DNA of 64,000 nucleotides from Xanthobacteraceae bacterium (GTDB lineage: Bacteria; Pseudomonadota; Alphaproteobacteria; Rhizobiales; Xanthobacteraceae): positions 5,899 through 69,898 of the forward strand of contig JASHPW010000075.1 in NCBI GenBank assembly GCA_030037895.1, read 5' to 3'. Position 1 is the first letter of the stretch, and the number at the start of each line of letters is the position of its first letter. The notes under the pieces are model-generated. The model had not been told where the DNA came from. It searched no databases and was given only the letters and a program-made list of their open reading frames with translations. Shown here piece by piece: positions 27,740-37,888 of the stretch. Position numbers and translations under genes: made by a program.

Positions 27740-28888
27740 GTGGTGAGTGCGGACAATCATGCCAGACGCGTGTTGGTCGTCGTGGGTACTAGGCCGGAAG
27801 CCATCAAGATGGCGCCGGTCGTCCACAGCCTGACCGGCTGCGATGGGATCGAGCTTCGTCTATGCGTGACGGCGCAACATCGCTCCATGCTGGACGAAGT
27901 GCTGCGCGTGTTTGATCTGAGACCGGATTACGATCTGGCAATCATGCGGCCCGGGCAGACCATTTCCGGCGTTGCCGGCATGGTGCTTCGCGAGCTCGAT
28001 CCCATTCTTGAGGAATGGCGTCCCGATTGGCTATTGGTCCAGGGCGACACCACGACGACGATGGCCGCCTCGCTGGCGGCATTTCATCGCCGCATCGCGG
28101 TGGGCCATGTCGAAGCCGGACTGCGCACGCACGATGTGATGAATCCGTGGCCCGAGGAGGCCAACCGCCGCATCACCAGCATCGTCACGAAGCGCCACTA
28201 TTGTCCGACCGAGCGCGCCCGGCAAAGCCTGCTCGACGAGGCCGTCCCCGACGACGCAATCATCGTCACCGGCAACACCGTTGTCGACGCATTGAACATG
28301 GCCGTGGCGACGCTCGAACGTTCGCCCGGCATTCGCGATGAGCTGAGCCATCGGTTCAACGGATTCGGCGATAATCGACGCGTGATCTTGGTTACCGGTC
28401 ATCGGCGGGAAAGTTTTGGCGAAGGATTTCGGCAGATCTGTTGCGCCCTGGCCAAACTCGCCGAGCGCGAGGATGTTCAAATCGTTTATCCGGTTCATCT
28501 CAACCCCAATGTTCAGGCGCCGGTCTTCGAGACGCTCGGCAACCGGGAGAGGATCAAACTGATCGAGCCGGTGGATTATCTCGCCTTCGTGTGGCTGATG
28601 CAGCGCAGCTTCTTTATTCTGACCGACTCCGGCGGCGTGCAGGAGGAAGCGCCGGCCCTCGGAAAGCCGGTGCTGGTCATGCGCGACGCCACCGAGCGGC
28701 CCGAGGCGATCGAGGCAGGAAGCGCGCGTCTCGTCGGAACGAAGGTCGAAAGAATCGTAGCTGAATGCGAAGCGCTGCTCGACCAGCCGCATCATCACAG
28801 AGCCATGAGCGCCGTCCGCAATCCATTCGGAGACGGACTCGCGGCGCGCCGCATCGCACGAGACTTGATGAATGAGTGCCGCGTTTGA
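27740..28888 (+). CDS. wecB: UDP-N-acetylglucosamine 2-epimerase (non-hydrolysing)
   Basis: VLVVVGTRPEAIKMAPVV, VQGDTTT, HVEAGLRT and DSGGVQEEAPALGKPVLVMR are present. Confidence 0.9.
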   Translation: MVSADNHARRVLVVVGTRPEAIKMAPVVHSLTGCDGIELRLCVTAQHRSMLDEVLRVFDLRPDYDLAIMRPGQTISGVAGMVLRELDPILEEWRPDWLLVQGDTTTTMAASLAAFHRRIAVGHVEAGLRTHDVMNPWPEEANRRITSIVTKRHYCPTERARQSLLDEAVPDDAIIVTGNTVVDALNMAVATLERSPGIRDELSHRFNGFGDNRRVILVTGHRRESFGEGFRQICCALAKLAEREDVQIVYPVHLNPNVQAPVFETLGNRERIKLIEPVDYLAFVWLMQRSFFILTDSGGVQEEAPALGKPVLVMRDATERPEAIEAGSARLVGTKVERIVAECEALLDQPHHHRAMSAVRNPFGDGLAARRIARDLMNECRV

Positions 28889-30122
28889 GAAAGTTGCGAT
28901 TATCGGGCTTGGCTATGTCGGCCTGCCCACGGCCGCCACGATTGCCGCCCGCGGCATCCAGGTGCTTGGCGTCGATGTGCGCGAGGATGTGGTCGGGCGC
29001 GTCAATGACGGCGGCACCCACATCATCGAACCCGATCTCGACATCATCGTGCACAGCGTTGTGAGCACCGGCAAGTTGCGCGCGATCGCGACGCCGGAGC
29101 CCGCCGACGCGTTCGTGGTTGCCGTGCCGACGCCGGCCTCGCGCGAGCATAAGCCCGACATGCGCGCGGTCGAACAGGCGCTTACCGCCGTCGCGCCGGT
29201 CCTCGCCCGGGGAAACCTGGTCATTATCGAATCGACGTCGCCGGTGGGCACGACCCGTCAGGCCGCCGAGCAATTACGCGGGTTGCGACCGGATCTCAGC
29301 TTTCCGGATTTGGCTCCGGAACGCGCCGACGTGATGATGGCCTATTGCCCGGAGCGAATTCTGCCGGGCAATACATTGCGCGAGCTGACCGACAATGACC
29401 GGCTTGTGGGCGGGCTTGACCAGCGCAGCGCGGAGCGCGCCGAAGCGCTGTATGCGACCTTCGTCAAGGGCACCATTCACCGCACGGATGCGGCGACAGC
29501 CGAATTGGTCAAGTTGACCGAGAATGCCTTCCGGGACGTGAACATCGCCTTCGCCAACGAGCTGTCGCTGATCTGCGAGGCGTCCGGCATCGACGTTTGG
29601 CAGGTCATTCGCCTCGCCAACATGCACCCCCGGGTCAATATTCTCGACCCGGGACCGGGAGTCGGCGGCCATTGCATTCCGGTTGATCCGTGGTTCATCG
29701 TCGACCAGCAGCCAAAGCTTGCGCGGTTGATCCGTACGGCTCGAGAGGTCAATCGTACAAAACAAGAGCATGTCGCCGACCGCATTCAGCGTACAGCGAG
29801 CCGGTTTCGCGACCCGCGGATCGCCCTTCTTGGTCTCACCTATAAACCCAACGTGGACGACCTTCGCGAAAGTCCGGCAGTCGCGGTGGCGGAGAAACTC
29901 ATTGCGGCGAAAGCCGGGCAGCTGTTCCTAGTCGAACCCCATTTGTCCGGTCTGCCGAGTCGTTTCAACGGCAAGCCGGGGGTGCACTGGTCCGATCTCG
30001 GCGAGGCGATCATGGAAGCCGATATCGTCGCTCTGCTCGTCGCACACGATCAGTTCAGGAAAATCGATCGCCGCCTGTTGACCGAGAAAATTCTGATCGA
30101 CACGATCGGCTTGTTGCGATGA
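28872..30122 (+). CDS. wecC: UDP-N-acetyl-D-mannosamine dehydrogenase
   Basis: [43 protein letters not shown] and LGLTYKPNVDDLRESPA are present. The gene overlaps the wecB stop by 17 nt. Confidence 0.9.
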   Translation: MSAAFEKVAIIGLGYVGLPTAATIAARGIQVLGVDVREDVVGRVNDGGTHIIEPDLDIIVHSVVSTGKLRAIATPEPADAFVVAVPTPASREHKPDMRAVEQALTAVAPVLARGNLVIIESTSPVGTTRQAAEQLRGLRPDLSFPDLAPERADVMMAYCPERILPGNTLRELTDNDRLVGGLDQRSAERAEALYATFVKGTIHRTDAATAELVKLTENAFRDVNIAFANELSLICEASGIDVWQVIRLANMHPRVNILDPGPGVGGHCIPVDPWFIVDQQPKLARLIRTAREVNRTKQEHVADRIQRTASRFRDPRIALLGLTYKPNVDDLRESPAVAVAEKLIAAKAGQLFLVEPHLSGLPSRFNGKPGVHWSDLGEAIMEADIVALLVAHDQFRKIDRRLLTEKILIDTIGLLR

Positions 30123-30150
30123 ACGAGGTGCCGACGGACGAACGACAGGC

Positions 30151-32802
30151 ATGAGGCAAGTTCTATTCAGCAGCACGAAAGCGCTGGTGGCCCGTATGCC
30201 CAGACCGAGCGTCGAGGCCGGTGCGGTCCTGGTTCGCACGCACTACTCGCTCATCAGTACGGGCACCGAGATTGCTTCGCTGAAGCCGCTGAGCGCCGGA
30301 GCCGCCGGCGCGACCGCTGCCGAGCGCGTCGGCGATCTTTCCGGGCGGGCCAGAGTGTACCTGGGCAAGGCCCTCGCCGACCCGCGGCGCGCGATTGATC
30401 GCGCCATGGGCCTCGCCGGCACCGTGTTGCGCCGGCGCTTGGCGGACGCAATTCCGCGGCCGGATTTGCCGCCGGTCCCGGTCGGTTCGATCAAATGGAC
30501 GCGGCAGTCTGCCGGCACCTGCGAGGTCTCCGGCGGCGGGCTCACGCTCGTCTCCGCCGGCGATCCCGGGCATTATCAGGCCGCATCCCAGCCGATTGAG
30601 GTCGCACCCGGCTATCTTCTCGAGATACGCCTCAAAGGACGCGTCGATAAGGGCGCCTTCATGCTCGGCCTCCTGAATGACGACAAATCGCGCTGGCTCG
30701 GCATGGTGCCAATCTCGGAAGGCCCGCTCGACGAAGTGCTGCATTTGGACCCCGGGCAGGCGAAAGAAGTGACGCTGATGCTGACGAATCCGGCCGCCGC
30801 GGGCGAGAACCGCATGGCGCTCGAGCGATCGGATGTGGTCATGGTCCCGCCGGTGAGCGCGGGCGTGCCGGTGACGGAGATGACCGATCAAGGCTGGAAT
30901 GTCGGTTATTCGATCGCCGGCGAGGTCGTTGAGGTGGGTGCCGGCGTGACGGCCTTTGCTGCCGGCGATCGGGTTGCCTGCGCCGGCGCCGGCCAAGCCA
31001 ACCACGCCGACTATGTTTGCGTAAAGCGCAACTTGGTTTGCCGGGTGCCCGACGGTTGTTCGCTGCGGGAGGCGGCCACGGCGACCGTGGGCGCCATTGC
31101 CATGCAGGGGGTGCGCCGTGCCGCCCCGCAGCTCGGCGAGGTGATATGCGTTTTTGGCCTCGGCCTGGTCGGGATGATCACCGTTCAGCTCTTGCGTGCA
31201 GCCGGCTGCCGGATCATCGGCGTCGATCTCGACGCCGAGCGCTGCCGGCGCGCCGTTGCCAGCGGTGCCGCCGCGGCGGAGACCGAGATCGATCGCGTGC
31301 AGCTTCTCTTGCGTGAATTTACCGGCGGTCATGGCGTTGATGCGACCATCCTTACCGCGGCGACCAAATCCAATGGGCCGATCAACACGGCGATGGAGCT
31401 GACGCGCCGACACGGCCGGGTCGTGATCGTCGGCGATGTCGGCCTCAAGGTCGAACGCGCCGCCTTCTATCGCAAGGAAATCGACCTGCTCATGAGCACG
31501 TCGTACGGCCCCGGCCGCTATGACCGTGATTACGAAGATTACGGGCGTGATTATCCCTATGGTTTTGTGCGCTGGACCGCCAACCGCAACATGCAATCCT
31601 ATATGGAGCTAATCGCGGAGAAGCGAATCGACGTCGCTTCGCTTATCGATCGCGTGGTCCCGATCGACGATGCCCCGGCGACCTACGAGGAGTTGGCGTC
31701 AGGCGCGCAGACGCCCCCGCTGGCGGTGGTGCTGTCCTACCCGAAACCCGCTCGCGTCCAGCTCGATGCTTTTGATGCGGCGGTGATCCGCTTGCGGGGA
31801 CATCGCCAGCCGATCCGCGCGCGCATCAATTATGCGCTGGTCGGCGCAGGAGGGTTTGGCACCCAAATGCTCGTGCCGACGATGGAGCGGCGCAAGGATC
31901 GATTCTTCCTGCGCGCGGTGGTGAGCCGGGATGCAACGCGCGGCGGCAATTTCGCCCGTTCCAAGCGGGTCGAGCTGCTGTCGTCGAACTATGACGATGT
32001 CCTGGCAGATGAGGCCATCGACCTCGTGGTCATCGCCACGCGGCACAACGAACACGCGGCACAGGTGATCAAAGCGCTGCGGGCCGGCAAGCATGTCTTC
32101 GTCGAGAAGCCGCTCGCGATCAATTGGGAACAGCTCGACGCCGTGCGCCGCGAAGTCGAAACGCGCGGCGACTCTGCGCGGCTGATGGTCGGATTTAATC
32201 GGCGGTTCGCGCCGGCCTTGCAGCGCTTGCGTCAGGAACTCGGAGAGCAACGCACGCCGCTTGTGGTCAATTATCGCATTCATGCCGGCTATCTCCCGCT
32301 GGATCATTGGGTGCACGGGGCGGAGGGCGGCGGCCGCAACATCGGCGAAGCCTGCCACATGTACGACGTCTTCAGTTTCCTCGCCGGCGCTCCGGTTTGC
32401 TTCATCGATGCCAGGGCTATTGATCCCGGCGATCGCGCTTATGCGCGCAACGATAATTTCTGCGCAACGATCGGCTACGAGGACGGCAGCCTCTGCACCC
32501 TGACCTATACGGCCTTGGGACCGAAAGCCGGCCTGGCAAAGGAGCGCATCGAGGTCTTCGCCAACGGCGAGGCGTGGATCGTCGACGATTTCGCCAGCCT
32601 CACCCGGACGAGCGATGGCGCCGTGCTGTGGTCGGCGCCTGCCGCCGACAAGGGTCATTTCGAAGAGTTGTCCCGTTTCGGCGACGCGATTGCGGAAGGC
32701 AAGCCTGCGCCCGTTCCCGCAGAAGAGCTCTTGCAAACCACGGCGGTGGCTTTGCGTGTCGAAGATTTGCTGTTCGGCCGCGCGGCCGAGGAGCCGGATT
32801 GA
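30151..32802 (+). CDS. Bi-domain oxidoreductase (MDR zinc-alcohol-dehydrogenase-like + Gfo/Idh/MocA) with a ~110-aa inserted module
   Basis: An MDR N-terminus (VLVRTHYSLISTGTE) is followed by an insertion at about 30487-30825. The MDR fold then resumes (GYSIAGEVVEVGAGV...VFGLGLVGMITVQLLRAAG). The Gfo/Idh/MocA half reads INYALVGAGGFGTQ...EKPLA. Confidence 0.8.
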   Translation: MRQVLFSSTKALVARMPRPSVEAGAVLVRTHYSLISTGTEIASLKPLSAGAAGATAAERVGDLSGRARVYLGKALADPRRAIDRAMGLAGTVLRRRLADAIPRPDLPPVPVGSIKWTRQSAGTCEVSGGGLTLVSAGDPGHYQAASQPIEVAPGYLLEIRLKGRVDKGAFMLGLLNDDKSRWLGMVPISEGPLDEVLHLDPGQAKEVTLMLTNPAAAGENRMALERSDVVMVPPVSAGVPVTEMTDQGWNVGYSIAGEVVEVGAGVTAFAAGDRVACAGAGQANHADYVCVKRNLVCRVPDGCSLREAATATVGAIAMQGVRRAAPQLGEVICVFGLGLVGMITVQLLRAAGCRIIGVDLDAERCRRAVASGAAAAETEIDRVQLLLREFTGGHGVDATILTAATKSNGPINTAMELTRRHGRVVIVGDVGLKVERAAFYRKEIDLLMSTSYGPGRYDRDYEDYGRDYPYGFVRWTANRNMQSYMELIAEKRIDVASLIDRVVPIDDAPATYEELASGAQTPPLAVVLSYPKPARVQLDAFDAAVIRLRGHRQPIRARINYALVGAGGFGTQMLVPTMERRKDRFFLRAVVSRDATRGGNFARSKRVELLSSNYDDVLADEAIDLVVIATRHNEHAAQVIKALRAGKHVFVEKPLAINWEQLDAVRREVETRGDSARLMVGFNRRFAPALQRLRQELGEQRTPLVVNYRIHAGYLPLDHWVHGAEGGGRNIGEACHMYDVFSFLAGAPVCFIDARAIDPGDRAYARNDNFCATIGYEDGSLCTLTYTALGPKAGLAKERIEVFANGEAWIVDDFASLTRTSDGAVLWSAPAADKGHFEELSRFGDAIAEGKPAPVPAEELLQTTAVALRVEDLLFGRAAEEPD

Positions 32803-34928
32803 TGGACTACCTCTATATCGAGCCGACGCTGCAAAGTTGTGGGATTATCGAGGACGATCGGCCAGCGGAGTTTTCAGAGCGGCATCATTTTCGTCTGCCG
32901 GTCGTGACGCTGAAGGCGACGCCTCGGCTCGAAGGCGAGATCGATGCGCACGCCGGCTTCGGCGTGATTGTGGGTTTGAGCGGCGGCCTGCCGAACCGCC
33001 GTCAGCTACGCATCGTCCGGCGCGCAATAAACCGCGGGCGGCGCGCCTTTCTCTATTGGCCGGCTGAGAACGCGATCGAGGTTGTCGATCGCCAGCGCCT
33101 GGGCAGTCTCTGGCGACACTGGTTGGCGTACAACCTGGGAATTCGCCTGCTGCCGATCCTCGCGCGCGAGAAAGAGCCGCAGCAGCCGACCCCGCCGCCG
33201 TCCAGCGAATCGGCGACCGAGAGCGCCGCGTCCTTGCGGCGGCCAGCGCTCAACTTTGTGATCGCCGATTTCGAATGCACAAAGGCCCACATGCTCGGCG
33301 GAATCGCCGAAATCCGCAGGCTCGGTGATGCGATCGGCCGAATCGACGGTCAATTATGCAAAGTCGAGTTGGAAACGTGCGACGTTCCGGACAGCGTGCG
33401 CGCCGATCTGCGACGAGCCGCCGAGGAGATTGCCGCCGTGCGTAGAAGCATGGAAAGCCTGCAATCACATATGGACGGCGGTGGAATAGCGCTGAACCGC
33501 ATCGGCGAAAATTTGGATAATTGGATGCGGCTTTGGCAGCCGGCGAGCGGCGTGCGGCTGATTGCAACAGATGAGAGCGCATCGCCCGCCGACGCCTACC
33601 GTCGGGAATTGGCGGCCTTTCGCGAGGTTTTGCGTCCTGTTCCGTTCCCGCGTCTCACGCAGACGCCATCGCCCGAGGCGCCGATCCCGGGCACGGGCGT
33701 GTACGTGCGAACCGATTATTGGGCGCGGCTCGTCTCCGGCGGAAGCTACGGGCATACCTGCTACGTCGCCAAGGAGTTGAGCGCGGTCACGCAACGGTTC
33801 AGGTGCTTGATGGCGAGCCGCTTTGCGCTTCTCGACGAATTGGGCATCGTGCAGGAGGTCATTCGGCAGCCGCTGAAGGACTCCTCGGAAACAGATCTCC
33901 TCAGGGCCGACCGGTTCCATTATCAGGCGCTGCGCGACCGCCTGCAGGCTCTGCAACCCACTTATCTGTATGAACGGCTTTGCTTGGGCAATTTCGCGGT
34001 GGCGCGCCTCAGCCGGGAACTTAATATTCCGTATATTGTCGAGTACAACGGCTCGGAAATATCGATGCGGCGCAGCTTCGGTTCCGGAGCTTATGCGTAC
34101 GAAGATTTGTTCCAGCAGGCCGAGGAAGTCGCCTTCAGGCAAGCCACGATCATCACGGTCATTTCCGACCGCGTGCGCGATGACGTGATCGCACGGTGCG
34201 CAAATCCGGCGAAGGTTTTTGTCAATCCCAACGGCGTCGATTGCGAGGAATACGTACCGCCCAGTGCCGACGAGCGGCGGGAGATACGGGCTTCCCTGGA
34301 TTTTGCCGACGAGCCGGTCGTCGGCTTCATCGGTACCTTCGGCGGCTGGCATGGCATCGACGTGCTGGCGGCGGCACTGCCGAAAATCTGCCGAAGCGCG
34401 CCCGAAGTGAAGTTCCTTCTCATCGGCGACGGCAATCTGAAATCCACGGTACGCGACGCAATTCGCGAGAATAAGCTCGATGACCGGGTCGTCGACGTCG
34501 GCCGTACCGAGCAGCAGGTCGGCGCTCGTCTGCTCAAGGCGGCCGATATCTTCGTGTCACCGCATTCGAGCCATATGGTCGACAGCCCGTTTTTCGGCTC
34601 TCCGACCAAGCTGTTCGAATACATGGCGCTCGGCGGAGGGATCGTCGCCAGCGATCTGGAACAGCTCGGGGTCGTCATAACGCCGGCGTTGCGGCCGTCC
34701 GACTTCGCATCGGGGTCGGTAAAAGTCCGCGACCAGCGTGGCGTGTTGTGCAGGCCGGGCGACGTTGACGATTTCGTAGCCGGAGTGTTGGCGTTGGTGC
34801 GCAACCCCGATGTTACGGCGGCGCTCGGGCGTAACGCGCGTGCAGCGGCGCTCGCGCATTATTCCTGGCGACAACACGTGAGGCGGATCTGGGACCATGT
34901 ACTTGCTGTCGATCAGCCATCGGATTAG
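32802..34928 (+). CDS. Glycosyltransferase (GT4-like C-terminal half) with a ~330-aa N-terminal extension containing a coiled-coil-like segment
   Basis: The ATG at 32802 overlaps the upstream stop (TGATG). The C-terminal half has GFIGTFGGWHGIDVL...GSPFFGSPTKLFEYMALGGGIVASD. The N-terminal region shows heptad-like periodicity (AEIRRLGDAIGRIDGQLCKVELE...RRAAEEIAAVRRSMESLQSHM). Confidence 0.8.
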   Translation: MDYLYIEPTLQSCGIIEDDRPAEFSERHHFRLPVVTLKATPRLEGEIDAHAGFGVIVGLSGGLPNRRQLRIVRRAINRGRRAFLYWPAENAIEVVDRQRLGSLWRHWLAYNLGIRLLPILAREKEPQQPTPPPSSESATESAASLRRPALNFVIADFECTKAHMLGGIAEIRRLGDAIGRIDGQLCKVELETCDVPDSVRADLRRAAEEIAAVRRSMESLQSHMDGGGIALNRIGENLDNWMRLWQPASGVRLIATDESASPADAYRRELAAFREVLRPVPFPRLTQTPSPEAPIPGTGVYVRTDYWARLVSGGSYGHTCYVAKELSAVTQRFRCLMASRFALLDELGIVQEVIRQPLKDSSETDLLRADRFHYQALRDRLQALQPTYLYERLCLGNFAVARLSRELNIPYIVEYNGSEISMRRSFGSGAYAYEDLFQQAEEVAFRQATIITVISDRVRDDVIARCANPAKVFVNPNGVDCEEYVPPSADERREIRASLDFADEPVVGFIGTFGGWHGIDVLAAALPKICRSAPEVKFLLIGDGNLKSTVRDAIRENKLDDRVVDVGRTEQQVGARLLKAADIFVSPHSSHMVDSPFFGSPTKLFEYMALGGGIVASDLEQLGVVITPALRPSDFASGSVKVRDQRGVLCRPGDVDDFVAGVLALVRNPDVTAALGRNARAAALAHYSWRQHVRRIWDHVLAVDQPSD

Positions 34929-35787
34929 GTTTGATGCGCAGCAAATACAAGCGAGAGAGGGCTGGTCGGTGTCCGCGGCGCTTGAGACTGACGATTTTTA
35001 CAAGGATGAGGTTCGCCGCCAATGGGACCGGGATCCTTGCGGCTCTCACTACGTCGAGCAAGCCCAGCCGGACACGCTCGAATGGTTTCTTGAGGCCGAA
35101 CGCTATCGCTATGACGTGTACGCGCCATGGATGCGCGAACTCATGGAGTTTGACCGGCATGCCAGCGAGGTCATTCTTGAAATCGGCGCCGGCATGGGCA
35201 CCGATCACGCGCAGTTCGCGAAAAACGGGGGCGTCATGCACGACATCGATCTCGCCGCGGGTCATCTGAAGCTGGCGCGGCGCAATTTCGAGCTCCGCGG
35301 ATTGCACGGCACGTTCCTGCACGGCGACGCCGAAGCGATCCCTTATCCTGACGGCACTTTCGATCTCGTTTACTCCAACGGCGTGATCCACCACACTCCG
35401 AATACGGCGTGCGTCGTCGCGGAGATCTACCGGGTGCTCAAGCCCGGTGGCCGCTGCATCATCATGGTCTACGCCGAGAATTCGCTGCACTATTGGCGGA
35501 ATTTGTTCCGCGATTATGGGATTTCTCGCGGCGAACTCGAAATGGCGTCGATGGGCGAAATCATGTCTCGCTATGCCGAGTTGTCGGAGCATGGGGCGAA
35601 ACCGCTGGTGAAGGTTTACACCGCACGCCGCCTGAGACATTTGTTCGCACGATTCAAATCGATCCGTATCTACAAGCGACAGCTCATGCGCGAGGAATTG
35701 CCGCGACGCTTGCGCTCGCTGCCGCTTGGTTTGGCCGGGCGGATGATGGGCTGGAACCTCATCCTCAAGGCGCAAAAGCCGTGCTAG
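34897..35787 (+). CDS. Class I SAM-dependent methyltransferase
   Basis: ILEIGAGMGTD is motif I. DAEAIPYPDGTFDLVYSNGVIHHTPN and LKPGGRCIIMV are also present. The start is uncertain; the ORF overlaps the upstream gene by 32 nt. Confidence 0.8.
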   Translation: MYLLSISHRIRFDAQQIQAREGWSVSAALETDDFYKDEVRRQWDRDPCGSHYVEQAQPDTLEWFLEAERYRYDVYAPWMRELMEFDRHASEVILEIGAGMGTDHAQFAKNGGVMHDIDLAAGHLKLARRNFELRGLHGTFLHGDAEAIPYPDGTFDLVYSNGVIHHTPNTACVVAEIYRVLKPGGRCIIMVYAENSLHYWRNLFRDYGISRGELEMASMGEIMSRYAELSEHGAKPLVKVYTARRLRHLFARFKSIRIYKRQLMREELPRRLRSLPLGLAGRMMGWNLILKAQKPC

Positions 35788-35797
35788 CTCGGCGAGA

Positions 35798-37888
35798 TTG
35801 CCGCCCGCAGGGTTCGGCCGGCGCCGGTCGCGCGGTGCTCACGAGACGCGAGCCGCGCCGAACGTGACCGTCTCCCGTGTCGCCGAAACATTGGTGCAGC
35901 GCGCCCGCGAGGCGCTGAGACGCGGACCCAAGGGGGCAGACGCCGCGCCGGACGATTTCGGCCGCGCGCTCGCCAAGGCCGGTCTCGCCTTTCCGCGCTG
36001 GCTGCAACGGCGCCGAATCGCCCCGCGTCAATATGTCGAGCTGGCGCTCCCCCATTTGGTTTCGCTGCGCGCCACCGCGCCGAAGGCGGTCGAGGCGACG
36101 GTCGCCGCTGCCGCCGGCTTCCTGCAACATCGGTTCGATCTGCTCGGCAGCGGGCCGTATCGTCCCGCCGATCCCGAACGGCCGGCTCGCGACGGCTACG
36201 CTCCGATCGACTGGTATCTCGATCCCGTCCGCCAACTGCGCTTTCCGCGCGGCGTGCCTTACAAGGAATGGCGTCTCTATGAGATGCGGCCGGGCCAAGC
36301 CGACATCAAATATCCCTGGGAGCTTGCGCGCTCGCAGCACTGGCTGACTATCGCGCAAGCCTGGCAGCTTTCGCGCGACATCCGTTTCGCCCGTGAAATT
36401 GCCTTCCAGCTCGACAATTTCATCGAGGCGAATCCGGTCGGCGTCGGCGTCAATTGGACCTGCACCATGGATGTGGCCATCCGCGCCGCCAATTGGTGCC
36501 TGGCGCTCGCCCTGCTGCTCGACTGCCCGGCGCTCGACGAGGCGTTTTGGCGGCGGGCTTTCGCCGCGCTCTACGATCATGCGGTCTTTATCTTCACCAA
36601 TCTCGAGAACAAATATGAGGTCACCAGCAATCATTATCTGAGCAATCTCGTGGGGCTGCAGGTGCTGGCTTCCGAGTTTTCCGATCTCGCAGCCGGTGCG
36701 GAATGGAACCGTTGGTCTCGCCAGGCGCTGGAGACAGAGATGACCGTCCAGGTGCACGACGAAGGCACCGACTTCGAATCGTCGGTTCCGTATCACCGCC
36801 TGGTCACCGAACTGTTCATGGCTTCGGCGCGGCTGGCGCGGCTTCAGCAACAGCCGCTGAGCGCCGCCTTCGAATCGAAGCTGGCGCGCATGGCGGATTT
36901 CTCGCTCGCGGTCGCGCGTCCGGACGGCCGCATGCCGGTCATCGGCGATGCCGATGACGGGCGCTTTCATATCTTCAGCCATTTCGGCGGTTGGGATCGA
37001 CAGGACGCCCGTCACCTGCTGGCGCCGGCGGCGCTCCTCTTCGGTCGCCGCGAGCTGTTCGCGGCCGCGGGCCCGGGAGCGGCGTGGGAGGCGGCCTGGT
37101 GGGGCTTCGATCCGGCGGAGGCGACCTCCGGCGGCGCGCCTTTACCGGAAGCATGCGCGTTGTACCCGGCATTCGGCATTGCCGTGGCGCGCCGTGGCGG
37201 GCACTATCTGGCGATAACCAATGGTCCCGTCGGCACTCGCGGCTTCGGCAATCACAAGCACAATGAGCTTCTGAGCTTCGAATACCATTGCGACGGCGTT
37301 CCGCTCGTCGTCGATCCCGGCAGCTTCGTCTATACGTCGGACTTTGCCGCTCGCAATCTGTTCCGCGGCACCGCCTACCACAACACGGTCATGGTCGACG
37401 GCGTCGAGCAGAACGAATTCAATCCCGAGTGGATTTTCCGGATGTTCGAGAAGGCCGATCCGGAGCACCTGCATTTTGCCAAGGAAGACGAGCTTGTGCG
37501 TTACCGCGGCCGCCATAGAGGCTATAATCGGCTGGCGCAGCCGGTGATGCACGAGCGGGAGTTCGTTTTCGACCTGCGGGATGGAAGCTTGCGCATCGAG
37601 GACACGCTTGAGGGTGAGGGCATGCACGACATGCGCTGGCATTTCCATTTTGCCCCCGCCGTTTCGGTCATCGCGCAGACGACCGACCGGCTCACGCTGA
37701 GAGCGGCCGGTCTGATGAGCCTGGTCCTGTCCTTCGATCCGGACTTGAGCGCGACCGTTGTCGACGCCTGGTATTCGCCCTCATACGGCGTGCGTGTGCC
37801 GGTGCGGGCGGTGAATTTGGCTTGCCACACGGTGCTCGCCGGACGTAAGTCGTGGAAATTCTCGGTCGCGGCTTCGAGCGGGAGATGA
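35798..37888 (+). CDS. Heparinase II/III-like protein (copy 1), no obvious signal peptide
   Basis: YPWELARSQHW, NHYLSNLVGL and YHRLVTELF are present, and the C-terminal half has GNHKHNELLSFEYHCDGVPLVVDPGSFVYT...AYHNTVMVDG. The start is a TTG at 35798 or a GTG at 35867. Confidence 0.8.
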   Translation: MPPAGFGRRRSRGAHETRAAPNVTVSRVAETLVQRAREALRRGPKGADAAPDDFGRALAKAGLAFPRWLQRRRIAPRQYVELALPHLVSLRATAPKAVEATVAAAAGFLQHRFDLLGSGPYRPADPERPARDGYAPIDWYLDPVRQLRFPRGVPYKEWRLYEMRPGQADIKYPWELARSQHWLTIAQAWQLSRDIRFAREIAFQLDNFIEANPVGVGVNWTCTMDVAIRAANWCLALALLLDCPALDEAFWRRAFAALYDHAVFIFTNLENKYEVTSNHYLSNLVGLQVLASEFSDLAAGAEWNRWSRQALETEMTVQVHDEGTDFESSVPYHRLVTELFMASARLARLQQQPLSAAFESKLARMADFSLAVARPDGRMPVIGDADDGRFHIFSHFGGWDRQDARHLLAPAALLFGRRELFAAAGPGAAWEAAWWGFDPAEATSGGAPLPEACALYPAFGIAVARRGGHYLAITNGPVGTRGFGNHKHNELLSFEYHCDGVPLVVDPGSFVYTSDFAARNLFRGTAYHNTVMVDGVEQNEFNPEWIFRMFEKADPEHLHFAKEDELVRYRGRHRGYNRLAQPVMHEREFVFDLRDGSLRIEDTLEGEGMHDMRWHFHFAPAVSVIAQTTDRLTLRAAGLMSLVLSFDPDLSATVVDAWYSPSYGVRVPVRAVNLACHTVLAGRKSWKFSVAASSGR

